Positions 27,580 through 40,800 of a DNA stretch of 64,000 nt are shown here, piece after piece. Positions within the stretch are counted from its first letter, which is position 1. Every line of letters begins with the position of its first letter. The translations under genes and the position numbers were made by a program. The stretch covers positions 52,080,001 through 52,144,000 of the forward strand of contig CM060733.1 in NCBI GenBank assembly GCA_030704615.1, given 5' to 3'. The notes beneath the pieces were generated by a model, which was not told the DNA's origin, searched no databases, and saw only the letters and a program-made list of their open reading frames with translations. The DNA is from Takakia lepidozioides (Eukaryota; Plantae; Bryophyta).

Positions 27580-27640
27580 CATCTGAAGCAGCATTCCCAA
27601 CATGCCAGTTCCCCTCAGTTGCTGACGACACTCACATTAG
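27580..27640 (+). mobile_element. Continuation of the CRE-like RT (catalytic ADD motif)
   Basis: SSEAAFPTCQFPSVADDTHI, in frame with QQGDPLGG once element C and one TSD are removed. Confidence 0.85.
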
Positions 27641-29221
27641 AAGCATTCTACTAGTGGCTGCAAGGTGTTTTGGTGGGGCACTCCATCAACTCAAAAGCAA
27701 ATGCCACACTGCCCGTCCATATCTTCCATAGGGGAGGGCAGTGTGGGGGAGAGGGGAGGGCCACCCGACAAAAGGTCTAAGGGAGCATCCACAGAGCTAG
27801 CACTGTTGTCTTGCTTGCTCATACTCAAATCAAAGTGAGACACAAATCCCCCACTGCAGAGTCTGGAACACATAAGCAAGCATATGTAAGAACTGTCTCA
27901 TAGGGTGATCGCTACTTCACACCAAGAAGACTTCCATCTCCACTTCATTGTCAAACTGAAATAATAGAATGGCCACATCCACATGTGAGCATTGTCTTAT
28001 AGTGAAGTTGTAAGTATCAAAAAGCAAGAATAATAAATCCTTCACCCCTCTGTTACTGCAGTAAACTTTGATGCAGGTTCATATCCACTCCATCATCCAC
28101 TCTATGGGGTGACATTAAGATTTCAAAGTTGCCAACAGAGGAAGAGGTAATGATAAGCTTAACAATGTGTGTGTGTCCCAAGTTATTTAAAACAATCATG
28201 GAACTTGGTCCTACGGGAGTCAAAGTCAGTTTTACACTCAATTTTTTCCATATTGATGTGAGATCTTGTTCTAGACAATGGGAATTACCATTGTGCTGCT
28301 ATACAGTTAGTTTGAGAGAGACCTTTGAAAGTCTAGCCACTTCAGTTGTTAGGTGAAATGGGGATGAGTTGAACAAAGGCCACTTAAGCCATAAACATCT
28401 ACAAGTCACAATGGAACCATCTCTTTCCTATATGCAGGAAGTGCACCAAGGCCATGTTGTCAGATTTGTATTTCACATTGGCAGAAGACAGTACCAAGTA
28501 CTTACCCTTCGGAGGCCTTCAAAAGGGCAAGAACCAAGAGGGAGTCGAAGTGACCTGATTTCAGATTTAATGTCCTTTCAGCAATGTTCTGGCTTTCTTT
28601 TTCCTCTTCATTTCTTTCAATCGTCATCCAAAGAATGGGAGCTCCATGGAACTCTGAGAAGTAATGTAGACCATAAATGTTCTTATACACTTTTGAGGGA
28701 GTAGTGTTACCCAGGAATTGTTGTGAGTATTCATATAACTCCAAATTCATGCAGGTTTTGCTGTGAGTGTGTGATTTCAAGCCTTGCCGTTGGGTCCCAG
28801 GCCCTGTGTCCTATATGTGGCAGCCCAGTTACAGCTAGCCAGCTATTAAGATTTCTAGAGTCTAGGTAAATGTTGTCAAACGCTCATGGGGGGTAAATCA
28901 TGGAGGGAGGTCATGGAAATGTCATTGAGGAACTAATTCACAAGAGACCATCATGGGCCCCTTAAGGCGCAGAGCTTCAAAGTTTAAGCAACAATTGACA
29001 AACATCCCAAGTGAAGAAAATCCGCGAGGTTTTGAGAGGACCTCATGTAAATTATATACAAAGTTGCCAGTACACTTAAGTATTCAAAGCATGCCCAACA
29101 CTTGCAGGTGCTGAAATTTAGCCAATTCATGCAAACAATAGCATGGCTTAAAATTGAATTCAAGAAGCAGGGCAAAATGCTTCATTAATTATCCTCAGTA
29201 CAATGTACACCAAATGTATGT

Positions 29222-29725
29222 GCGTACAACACCAAGCAATCGGGAGGATGAATCGAGCTCTAGCTCTGGCCACGCCTCTCCTGTGTACTCTTTCTAGAGC
29301 GAACAACACCAAGCAATTGGGAGGATGAATCGAGCTCTAGCTCTAGCTCAGGGCACAACGTGAGATGCGCTCCAGCGTTTGCAGTAAAGTCCATTGCAAA
29401 GGAACAGTCGTATTGTCGCTGCAGCCAGACAAGCTGTCGTGCACACAAGAATCACGACGAGAGCCCAACAACTGTGTCAACCACAATACCACCGACAACC
29501 CTTGACCAGCTGCTTCTAAGTACCTCACATTTGCATGAATGTCATCCACATTTGCCCCATTTAATCATATTTGCATGAATGTCATCCACAATTGCGTGAG
29601 CCTCGCAGTTAAGGGTCCGTTATCATGTGACATGCTAGCGCTAGTCAACATTCAATCATTTATCCCACATAGTTTGCACAACTTGGCGTCCCCCCTCCCC
29701 CTGTAAATCGGGACTTAGAAAACAA
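29222..29725 (-). pseudogene. Truncated paralog of the Dof-like gene 5' end and upstream region
   Basis: MDFTANAGAHLTLCPELELELDSSSQLLGVVRSRK; DNA similarity to 14610-15420. Confidence 0.8.
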
Positions 29726-29759
29726 TACCATAGAGTCCTTTGATGTCCGGCGCAATGTA

Positions 29760-30356
29760 GCTACCGAATATTTATTGCTCGCTTTGTTGCAGTTATGTCT
29801 TGCTCCCTTGTTCCGTTTGTATTATATATTATATTTCATTGTTGTAATAGACATGTATATGACTTCTATTATAGTCATAATAATGACTACATCTATTTTC
29901 ACTCTCCAATAGTACTACACCACGTGGTAGAAATACAAATATGCAATACACCCAAAAAAACACCCATCGTGACACGTGTCAACCTCCTAAGGGACCACCG
30001 TGTAAAAATTGCAACGTGCCACGTGCTGCAACCGGATTGCCTTGCCTGTAGTCATAGTTTACAGTCATGGAATGCGCGCACTATGCCACGTGTCATCTTT
30101 TCTATCAAGCACGTGTCTCTCTTACACAGCGGCTGACATGTACTACACTGTCCGTTCAGTCATTCGGTAAAGCCAGCGTGTATGACTATGAGCTGGCTGC
30201 TCAGGCGCCACGTCACAGAAAGCTTGGGGAGTCGTAACTACCATGTCACAACTGACTTGGCTTCTACTTCTTCAGAGTCAGGAAGTCGTAAATGGCTTCC
30301 ATAACTGCATTCGTAGTCATAACACAAAGACGTAAAAGCCGCAATCTGTTGTAGCG
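29760..30356. mobile_element. Possible CACTA-like element end fragment
   Basis: Ends ATCTGTTGTAGCG (reverse complement CGCTACAACAG) with repeated AGTCGTAA/AGTCATAA subterminal motifs; the other end was not found. Confidence 0.35.
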
Positions 30357-30359
30357 TTG

Positions 30360-30663
30360 TCTGTTCCCTCACGCCTATGCAAGATGGTTAAGTCGTAGAC
30401 ATTAAGTGGTCTTCTTGGGATGCGGTCCCTGGTATAGTCTCTTAGGAGGTCCTCCCCTCGAGTGTGGATGTCAGGTCCCAATTACACTGACTACGGTGTG
30501 TGTGCCTCATGGCGCTTTAGGGGTTTTAATTATTTTTCCCGAATAATCCCAAATAAATGTAAGGGCTGGTCCCAACCAATAAATTCTTATGAATAAAATA
30601 ATCAGGGATACAATCCGCCTGTTGGAAAAATAAAAATATAAAATAAAATAAAATAAAATAAAA
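30360..30663 (+). mobile_element. LINE 3'-end remnant with (AAAAT)n tail
   Basis: CTGACTACGGTGTGTGTGC...ATGGCG...GGGGTTTTAATT matches the 3' UTR of the L1 at 5730-5790. Confidence 0.65.
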
Positions 30664-31244
30664 TCAGTCTTACACCCAATTTTTTCCATATTGATATGAG
30701 ATCTTGTTCTAGACAAGATATAGACAGCCAAATGATAATCACAATGGAATCATCCCTCAGGTTGAGTGTCATGGAGACAATTGACCGCGACATGCAGTTG
30801 TTGCAAGAAGGTCTACTACTGTGGACATACTTTACCAGTTTTTCCTGGCTGCCCGCAATCCATCTTTTGCAAATTTGCAAGCAGGTGTTATGTAGGCATT
30901 CAACACAATAGAGAGAAGGTGTATTCTATGGAGTTTGTCTATGCATTCCTATTGTCATGGGGAGTGCTTGCAAATCCATAGCTGGCCATGGCGCTCAACC
31001 TCTGAGGGCTGGAAACCTGGTGTAGAGGAGGTTTGCTATTTCATGAGCATGAGCGGCATGAGCAGAGTAGTAAGACAATCGGTTTTCATGAGCAGAAGTA
31101 CAAATTTCGAAAATAAAAAACAATTTAAAAAATAATAAAAAATAATAATTTAATGCAATGTGTCAAATATATTATTCGGCCCCTTGAAGGGAAAATTGCA
31201 GTTTTGACAGTTGTGCTCATGATATTTCGTCTTCCGCTCATGCC

Positions 31245-31560
31245 AATTCCCAGCGACATGTGCAAATATGGCGCCGAATTTCGCGGTAATTGGGTCCGTA
31301 ACCTAAAAAAACGGCGACGTATTTCGCGGTAATAGGTCTCTCTGGTGAAAAATGGTGCCGAATTCCGCGGCTATAGGTCCCCTCATGACAGGTAATTCGG
31401 CGCCATTTTTCCAGTGCATGTTCGGACTTAGCCAGTTTTCGGCGCAAAATAGGGAAATTCGGCGCCATTTTTCCAGACACTGTACCAGTGCATGTTGGGA
31501 CTTAGCCAGTTTTCGGCCCCAAAAAGAGAAATTCGGCGCCATTTTTCCAGAAATGGCCCC
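31245..31560. repeat. Subterminal motif array of element A (AATTCGGCGCC, GGACTTAGCC)
   Basis: Repeated GGCGCCGAATT / AATTCGGCGCCATTTTTCCAG. Confidence 0.8.
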
Positions 31561-31705
31561 ACAACTGCTTCTGTTGGATCTCAGTTTGAATGGAATATTG
31601 CCTCATTCCAGGAGTTTTGGGGTGCATTTCATTACACTGCAAAAAAAAGTCTGATACAGCAAAATGCAATTGAAAATATCCATATGGAGGATTCCCTTTG
31701 CCCCA

Positions 31706-34700
31706 TCAATGATTTCTGGAATCCCTAAGGAGGAGTTTGTGCAGCTCGTTCACGCTCAACGCCGGTGCATGAATAAAGTCATCAATAGTCACGTTCATCC
31801 TCAACCTCTTCAGGTAAATGTAATACAGATGCTTGCACGGATAATACTTGGAACCCTTCTTTGCTTCCATCAACAAGAAGTCCGTACAATTGCAAGTCGG
31901 CTCCACTCCAATCGTAATTGTGTATACATCGTCGCGTACAGCCGAGCCGGCCGTTGCCATCCGATACACACGCCCAAGGCCGGGTGGGGGTACGTCCACG
32001 GAGCTCTGAATAGTGCAAGCCATCCCAAGAGCATTGGCAATCCGAATCTCATTCAACTTGTTGGGAGGGTGTCGTCTCTTCACTCTTTCGAATCGCATTG
32101 TGGGATGTGCAGAATTGTCCAATCCGTCTCTACTGGACCGAGCAGTCTGCAATGGCTGGGTCTGAGGAACCGGAAATGCGTGGGCCGGGATGTCTGTGCG
32201 TTGCACCATTCGAAATCCTGCTGCAGATAGAGCATCCGCCTCATTCTGAGAGAGGTTGCAACCCGGTGCAACAGGCCAGACACCCGGAGGCTCCGACATT
32301 CCCTGAATCTCGTACTTGGGCTTGCCAAATACACAGGTCATTATATCGTGCCTACAGAACCAAAATGTTTGCGTTGTGGTGTGAGCAAATGTGGGAGTCA
32401 AAAATCTGCCGCTGAAACAAGGTGCAGGTACAGCACCGTGTGGGTTCCTCCGAATCATCTCACCACAGCGTGCTCTCGTATCCACCCGGATGGCGCAGCA
32501 CTTCCCTCGAAATGCCGGCAATGTCCTCGCAATTCTCCACTGTGACTCCGACACTCTTGTCTCCACAATGGGAATGTTGTACTGCTTTACTACAGATGGC
32601 TCGTTATGTTGCCGGGGCACGTGCCCTGTGCTCAAAGGAGATGGCGATCTTGAACGTGCAGGACTTGCGGTGCTCGACGAGACCTCCTCGGGCAACATCA
32701 CCGGACCACGAGGGAGCGTGCGAATATTCTTGTCAGCTCGCCATGAATCCTCTTCTCCGCCAGGTGCCTCGTCAAGTCTTCGTCTCACTGGACGGGTATG
32801 AACATCTCTTTCCAGATGTTGGCCTCTTCGCAGCAATGGCGTGTCCCGAAGGCCCTCTCGCAAGGCCGCCGCCCACTTCCGAGGATTCTTCGATCTAGAG
32901 GCAGTCCGCATCAGCATTTCCTGCCTGTCCGGCCCCAAGCCCCACTGTTTCCCTTTCAAGAACTCGTTGTACCTGCATTGCTGCATAATTGACCTCACAA
33001 TGTCCTCCGTTGTGGCAGTGAGGATGTCCACCAGATGCGCTGCAGAGGAGGCACGGCAGGAAGAGTGCACTGATTCGGCCATGTTTGTCGTGGGCATGTC
33101 GGTGTCGGAGTCGAGACACATTTCCTGCACAAGCACATGTTCAGGTTACAAGCAAGTTACATATATGGCCAAGAATAATATTCAACGGGACGCGAATTCG
33201 TGCAACTCACCTCCCGCATATAGTCGCCGAACTGGAGGAAACGATAATGCCACCATGCTAGCCAATTGACCATTGCTCCCTCGTCTGATTTCCTTACAGC
33301 ACCTGACGATGTCCACCAAGCCCGTATGCATGCAAACTGTGTCTCTGCATCATCCAAGGTGGGAGCGCGCTTCCACGCAAGGCACATGGAACGGTGCTCC
33401 TCTCCGAAATCTGGCGCCACGAGCCTGGTTGTGTACTGCGAAAGGCTCTGCAGAAAATGGAACCCACAAGATCTCTCCTTGCCTTCCATGGGAACATTGG
33501 GGTCTTGCCCGTACACCCTTCGGATGGTAGCCCAATTTGTTTGTGCGTTGTCCGCCATGAAACCACGGAAATTGGGAGGGGGCAATCCCGCCTTGGCCAT
33601 CTGTTCGTTTATTCCCTGCCAAAGAAGCATCTCCGATTGTGTGTCCTCTCCTTTCATCTCACAAATAGCAATTGTCATTAGCATCCTGCAGTGGGTGTTG
33701 TAGACATGTGCACCCATTGTCACCCACTGGTGATTTGTAATTCGCTTGATATGGTCGAACATGACCCAACTGTTTGACAAGTTCCCACTCGTCATCCTGT
33801 CGACCAGTTCGACGCCGCTGCCAGGTCCACACGTGGACATTTTGAATACGAAACAACGATCTGCCTCAGTCCCTTGTCCTGGAAACCTACTTCCATGAAT
33901 GTAGTCATATCCACATCGTCGCTTCACCTCCAGAATGGAGTGCATATCCGAGCCACGCCCAATTTTCTGTTTGCATGAGACAATGTGGTTTCGGACATTC
34001 GGTGAACATACGTGGGACACCGACTCCAGCAATGCCTCCATTTCCTTCTCGTCGAGAGGAACTCTATCGGAGCCGTCTTCCGACATAATTCTGGCCAATG
34101 CCATCTTATGGGCGGCTTGGAGCTGTATCTGTTTGGGTTTGGCACCCGGTCTCAACTTAACCTCCTCCTGAACGAGCTGCTCTGCTTCGTGGGCAGCCTC
34201 CCGCGAGTTCCCCCTCGCCATTTGTGACAATGGGAACCAACGTGTATGCAAGCTCGGGTGAGGTCAGGGAAACGGTGCAACACATAGAACTGCTTGGCAT
34301 TACAAACAGACATGTAGTGTGGTGGTTCTTTGCAATGTGCACACTTAAATGTGGAGTTCGGAACCTTCTCCTGAGCTCGAAATGGTTGATGAGCTGTGCC
34401 TGTCCAATCGGTCTCGTTCCTGTGACCTCTGGATTTAAAGTGGAAGCAAGTTGGGGAGAAACACCGCAACGCGCCCGCACACCATCGAGCATCTTCATGT
34501 TGGTGGTTTTGGTAACACACCAAGGATGACCGTCATGTTTTCTATCCATATCTGTCAACATTCCGGACGCCCTCGAGTAGTCCGCCCGAGGAGGGAACTC
34601 AAAGAAGATATTACCGTCGACGTCGGCGGGAAGGCATGTAACCGATTTAATTGCGAACTTGATGTAGTCCAGCCCGGCCAGCTCCGACCGGTGTCCCTCC

Positions 34701-35290
34701 AGGTGAAGCCCTCGCAGAATTTCAAGAATAGATCGAACTGCGGTGCTCGTGCTAGGAATATGACTCCCTCCTCCACTGACGTCCATTGAGGACTTGCCTG
34801 ATCTCCAGGACGACCTCGGAACTTCCATGACCTCGTCTGAGTTGGACAGGTTGTGAACAACCCGGTTCTCGGTCGTCTTCATGGATGGGTTCGGCTCTGG
34901 ATTTACTTCGTTGCGGACTTCTCTCTTTGAGGTAGCCACTCTTTGATTCGCGGATTGTTTCGTGGAAGGCGCCAGGATAGAAGGTGCATTTGGCGGGCAA
35001 ATGAAGTCCCCAACAGCCCTGTATATGACGCTGTCCGATGGTGGAACTCGCCATTCCCTGCCATCGCCGAAATCATCGTGGAGCACAACAATACTCTCGA
35101 CAACAAGGCCGTTAGAGTCCTTCCTTTCCTCCTCCAAAAAAACCAACCCCGTTTTCAGGTGGTATCGAACGCACAGATATTTCTCCATCACCCGGCAGAT
35201 GTCCCCTCTGCACGGAAATGAAGCTCTATGCTCGTGAGGAGGGCAGTACACTGTAGCGCTCGGGTTTTCCGCCATGGGAGATGTGCACAC
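31706..35290 (-). CDS. MULE transposase (GCM-like N-terminal Zn domain, DDE core, SWIM finger), with frameshifts
   Basis: DRKHDGHPWCVTKTTN, TRACIHVGSHCH, VMFDHIKRI (D1), FMADNAQ (D2), CGFH (CxxH), intron 33125-33210, TTNMAESVH (E), and TCNCTDF...YPCKHLY (SWIM). Confidence 0.9.
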
Positions 35291-35544
35291 AAGACTGCCA
35301 TGATGGCGTGCAGGGAAGCTCCCTGGTAGAAGGGGGATGCAGCGATGGGAATGAATGCGATGCCGATTTGTCCGAGCGACGAAGCCTAATCCAAATCCAG
35401 GGAGCCAACTATCTCAAAAATCCACAGTCAAAGTGTTAATGAACCTTGTCTCCGGAATGCGGCCCCTGGTCTTTGCGCAATAACTGCCAACGGTATGCAG
35501 TCAGAAAGTGGGGGGCCGTCCGGATGATGACGGCTGAAGGGGAG

Positions 35545-37030
35545 AAGCCGGCACCGTGCCGTCACATTACTACCCCCAAATGGAAATTCGGCACCCAATA
35601 TCCAACAGGGGAAGCCCGGATGAAGTTGCCTCGGGCGCAGAGGCCGGCGCGTGTGCGACAGAGAACATCCCCTGGAAGGAGATTCGGCGCCAAATTTCCA
35701 TCCGGGCCCCCCCAAAGGAAGTCGTGTCGGGGGGTCAGGCCGAAAACTGGCCGGCATAAAAACATCCCCAGATGGAAAAACGGCGCCGAATTTCCATCCG
35801 GGGCGGTTCGGATGCACTCGGGGAGGGGGAGAGCCGGCACTTGGCCGTCACATTTCAACCCCCGGACGGAAATTCGGCACCGAATATCGAACAGGGGACG
35901 CCCGGATGAAGTCGCCTCGGGCGTAGAGGTCGGCACGTGTTCGACAGAGAGCATCCCCTGGATGGAGATTCGGCGCCGAATTTCCATCCGGGCCCTCCCA
36001 AAGGAACTCGTGTCGGGGGGTCAGACCGAAAACTGGCCGACATAAAAACCTCCCCAGATGGGAAAACGGCGCCGAATTTCAATCCGGGGCCGTTCCAATG
36101 CAGTCGGGGAGGGGGGAGAGGTCGGCACCTGGCCGTCATATTTCAACCCCCGGACGGAAATTCGGCACCGAATATCCAACAGAGTGGCGGAGAGGCCGGC
36201 ACCTCTCCGACAGAGACCATCCCCCGGATGGAAATTCGGCGCCGGATTTCCATCCAGCAGGTAAGTGCAATCCCGGATGGATGGAAATCCGGCGCCGCAT
36301 TTCCATCCTGCAGTAATTCGAATTCCCGATGGATGAAATCCGGCGCCGAATTTCCATCCAGCAGGTAAGTGGAATCCCGGATGGATGGAAATCCGGCGCC
36401 GAATTTCCATCCTGCAGGTATTCGAATCCCGAATGGATGGAAATTCGGCGCCGAATTTTTGGGGCAGGTAATTCAAACAGGTTTAATTCCTAATTACCTG
36501 CACGAAGGGGAAACCTCGCTCGGCGCCGAAATCCATTTACCTGCTGAAGGCTGCGGCATTGCCCCGGATGGAAATTGCTTTTACTGCTGGATGGAAATTC
36601 GGCGCGGCGCCCGCGCCGGATTTCCATCCATCCGGGTTACCGGAAATTGGCGTTCGGCGCCGGATTTCCATCCAGAATTACCTGCGGAAATTACCTGGAA
36701 ATCGGCGCCGGATTTCCATCCACGCGAATTATGAGGGAAATTTCCTACCTGCGCGGATGGAAAGCGCCGGATTTCCATCCCGCTTCGAATTACCTGCTTC
36801 CTACCTGCGCGGATGGAAATCGGCGCCGGATTTCCATCCGCGCTTCCGAATTACCTGCGTGAGGGAAATTTCCAGCGCCGGCGGATGGAAATTCGGCGCG
36901 GATTTCCATCCTGCTGCGCTCCGAATTACCTGCAGGATGGAAATCCGGCGCCGGAATTCCATCGTGCAGCGCTCCGAATTACCTCTACGTTGGAAATTCC
37001 GGTTTACGTCGATTTTCATCCGACATGGAG
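35545..37030. repeat. Intergenic palindrome array of element A, including about 286-bp tandem units
   Basis: Many variants of GATGGAAATTCGGCGCCGAATTTCCATC; larger units start near 35551, 35836 and 36124. Confidence 0.9.
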
Positions 37031-37889
37031 GGCTTCATCCGACATTTAATTGCGCAGTTGGGCAATAAATGTCGACCGCCGTCGGTTTATTCGGGCTGGC
37101 GACGCATGGCTTCCTGGACACGTACCCTAAATCTCATGCTAACTTGGCTTAACATGTATTCCAGGCATGTACCCCAAAAAGGAGATCTTTTTGGCTGGGA
37201 CTTATGCCGCCTGAAGGGCGTGGCTCTCCTGAGAGAGACCTCACATCCAGACCGCGGCGGAAGTTGAAAGCTCTGTACTACGGACGACGGCCAATCTCTC
37301 GCATGGCCAAACTGAAGCTCCAGCAGGAGATTCCAGTGTCTTGCTCACAACCTGCGCCAACTGAAGCCGAGTACTCTCAGGCAAGCCACTTCTGCTTTCG
37401 GTTTGTTCGATTTCTTTTTTGCTTTCGCTTTGTTACCTCGCTTTGTTTTGCATCTTCATCCTGGCTTGCTGTATGAGTGAACTTTAGATAGTTGAGTGAA
37501 CCTTAGATTGTTTGCAATGCGTGTGCAAATCCGGCAGCTCTGGAGAAGGCTGCTTGTGCATGTCATTCTTAGGCAATGGTTGCATTTGTTTTCATTGTTG
37601 TTGCATGGCTCTCCATACTTCCTAAACTTGTTATGTTTTCATTTTTGCTACATGATTGTTGCTATGGTGGTTGCGCTGCTCGTTGCGATGCTGTTTTTGC
37701 ACCGATGTTGGTTTTCACGATTTTTGTCAATGACAGAGTGACGACGAGCCCGGCACGCTGGTGGTATCATCGACAGCTCCAACTCATCGCATGTTTGAAT
37801 CGCCCAACTTGGGGCGAGAGGGCAAACTTAAACCTTTTGTTGGTGGACGGGAGGACTTGCAACGAGAGTACGAGAGTAGGCATTGGGGA

Positions 37890-40800
37890 GGTTGGTGCAG
37901 GCGGCATGGCAGGTGAAGGGCGTGAGGACATGAGGACAGCAGATCCGGCAATGGAGGTTGTTCATGCACATGCAGTAGGGCCCGCCCACGCAAAGAAAAA
38001 GAAGAAAGCTAAGCACATGCAATCCCCGGCGAGAGAGCAGTCACGGGCTGCGGAGGGGGGAGTGAGCAGTGCGCGCGAGGGTCAGTTCGCCTCAATCAAA
38101 GGTGGTCGTCCTGGAGGGCTCCCCTGCTGCTAGCCCTAGTAAGAAACAGAAAGCCCGTGAGAGGGAAGAGGGCAAAAGAACAGACGAGACAGAATGCTAG
38201 CCAGGAGGAAAGAGAAAAGGCAGCTGAAGAGGCCAGGGGTGCCCAAATGACAGATGCCAATGTAAGCGAGGGACCACAGAGACGGTGGATCCCTACAAGA
38301 CACCACAGAGACAGCACACCGGTTAGACCATCGCGGGCAAGAGCAGCCCCCGCAATTACCCATACGGTGGAGAGTGGAGGAGAGGAAAGAACACCTGAAA
38401 GAGCACGGATTGTGCAAGTTCGAGGTGAAGCCAGGGAGAGGGCAGTAGAGACGAGAGAGTGCTGGAGGTGGTTTCGCAGGTGGCTGACCCTGTTGAGGAG
38501 GACGACATGGAGTTTCTGACCAGGATGACATCCTCCCGGACATCCCCAGGCCCCAAACCCGGAGCATACAGGCTGGATTTGGCGGTCCTGGTGGCTGCCG
38601 GAAAACCCCTCTGCAGCAGACGTCATGTCTGAGGCGGATATGAAGTTGGCCGCTGCCAAGATGTTGGAGGCAACCACAGCAACATTGGCAGGGTGCTGGG
38701 GGGCATGGTGTACCCGGCCAAGCTTCGAATTCCCCTTTGCCGCTTGGTGTCATTGCAGGTGGTGAGACCTGCCCTCCCAGGCGATATCGACAAGCTGAAA
38801 TTCTCTTTCCGGGATGGATATCGAATGGGGTCTGCCGCTTTTACGTTTCCATTGAGAACGACCACGGAGCTTCCCGTGCCCACACTTCCGATGAGGTGGA
38901 CAAATGGGGTCCCCATTGGCAAACGCGAAATGAGGAGTTCGAGAGATCGATTGCTAGTGATCCTCTTTTCCAGCACATGTCCGGTAAGATGTTCTACGTG
39001 TGGGACGGCAATCATCGCCTCCTGGCATGGATGGAGCACATTGCCCAAGCCCACCCCAACGATCTCGATTGGCATTCGCCGTCGATTGTGTTGTGCTGAA
39101 GGTTGCGGGGCCCAAAGATCGCAGTCTTCTCAAAGCTGCAATGGCCGACATCAACTCGTAAGCTACAACCCCTCTCGCTTTTGGACTTTGAATTTGGAAG
39201 TCATTTCATTGCGAATCCTCATATATGATGAAAATTCCCATTTCAGTATTGTTTGATGGAAATGTGGCACTGCAGGGTGACTGAGAATGCCTTCATTGCC
39301 ACCAACTTGTCCCATATGCTCTTCCGAGTGAAGGATGTCGGGAAGCAGGGGGTGCAAGAGTTTGCCAATTCCCTCAGTGCCGACCTCCTGCGCAAGTCGG
39401 AGGCAAAGGCAGACAGAACCGTATAGGCTGAGCGTCGACGCCATGGTGGACTACATATTTCGGGTAAAGCTCCTGACAGTTTTGTTGAGCTAATCTCTCC
39501 TCCCCCAATAGAAGAAATTGTGTTGAGCAGGATCTCTAATCTTATGTGCGCATTTTGACAGACGAAAATACAGCAGGATTTGGCACATGCGCGGAGGTTC
39601 TACATGGAGTCAGAGGAGAAGAATCCAACCCTCCCGGAACTCGAATCGTATGTCAAAGCTGCGGAGGTGAGGGCCCGCATAAAGTACAAGTCGCGGATGG
39701 TAAAGTACGTGGCCATAGCTGATCCCGCCCTTGGTGCCGACTTTCTGGTGGAGGTGGGGAAGCACTACTCTCGCGCTCTGAAGCCCACGATGACATTGGA
39801 GAAGCTCCATCGTCTAGCCACATCCTGTGTGGATGCAACAGAAAAGGTGATACATTCTTAACCAAATTGTGGTGGCAACAACTCCTTTTTGGTGTTTGGC
39901 GCTTACGAATATGCTGGGTGGTTGGACAGACCCGGTGGCTCCAAATCTGGAATGGTTCCCAAAGTACCAGGGACATGTGGAGCTTCCCCAAACCGGACAA
40001 ACTCTCTGACCCCACATTCGACATGTGGATGAACCGCATGACATGGTGGTTTCAGGTACTTCCCCACGCTTCGTTTGGGGCTTCTACTCTAGTAGGGGGT
40101 GGATTCATTGTATTTTTTGAGGAAAGCGATCTGATGGACAATCTCCACAGGTGACGACGAATGCGCAAGAGCAGCTGGACACACAAGCACATCAGTTCAA
40201 GATGGAGATATCTCCTGCAGCAGAGAGCCTACGTGACTATGTGACGAGGTACTTTCTGCTCTACAAAACCAACCTATTCTTTCGGGAGATAGCAGATGCT
40301 CGCCGGAGCCACGAGTTCACCGACCAGCCGAACGCGGACAAAGCAGCAATGCGCCTTCTGTACAGGTACATACGCGCTGCCTTTCTTTCAAGTCCTGGCA
40401 TTTCAGGATGTTAGAGGCCTCAAGTGGTGTTAGGGAAAATGGCGCCGAATTTCCAGTCAGGGCTCCGAAAATGGCTAAGTCCCTAGACTGGCTGGCCCGG
40501 AACTGGAAATTCGGCGCCATTTTCCAGTTCCAGGCCCTATTGCCGTTCAAGCCAAAGTCCCTGGCCCTGGAAATTCGGCGTTCCAGTTTCCTATTGCCGT
40601 TCAGGGAGCTAAGTCCCTAGAGAACTGGAAATTCGGCGCCTTCCAGAGGCCCTATTGCCGTTCAGGGCCATTTTCGGCTAAGTCCCTAGGTGGCTGGCCC
40701 GGAACTGGAAATTCGGCGTTCCAGTTCTAGGCCCTATTGCCGGGACTTAGCCATTTGCTAAGTCCCTATGGCTGGCCCTGGAAATTCGGCGGGCCTAGAC

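Noticed and set aside
31020-31030. 11-bp TSD GTGTAGAGGAG for element A
   Set aside because: The last 3 nt belong to the TIR, as shown by the same GAGGTTTGC start at 63632, so the TSD is 8 bp.
35545-37030. CRISPR-like array of palindromic repeats
   Set aside because: Repeats are degenerate, spacing is irregular, intervening sequences are related to each other, there are no cas genes, and the context is a eukaryotic transposon.
35428-37068. Many 60-200 aa ORFs in the ORF track
   Set aside because: Products of GC-rich palindromic repeats open on both strands; no domain signal.
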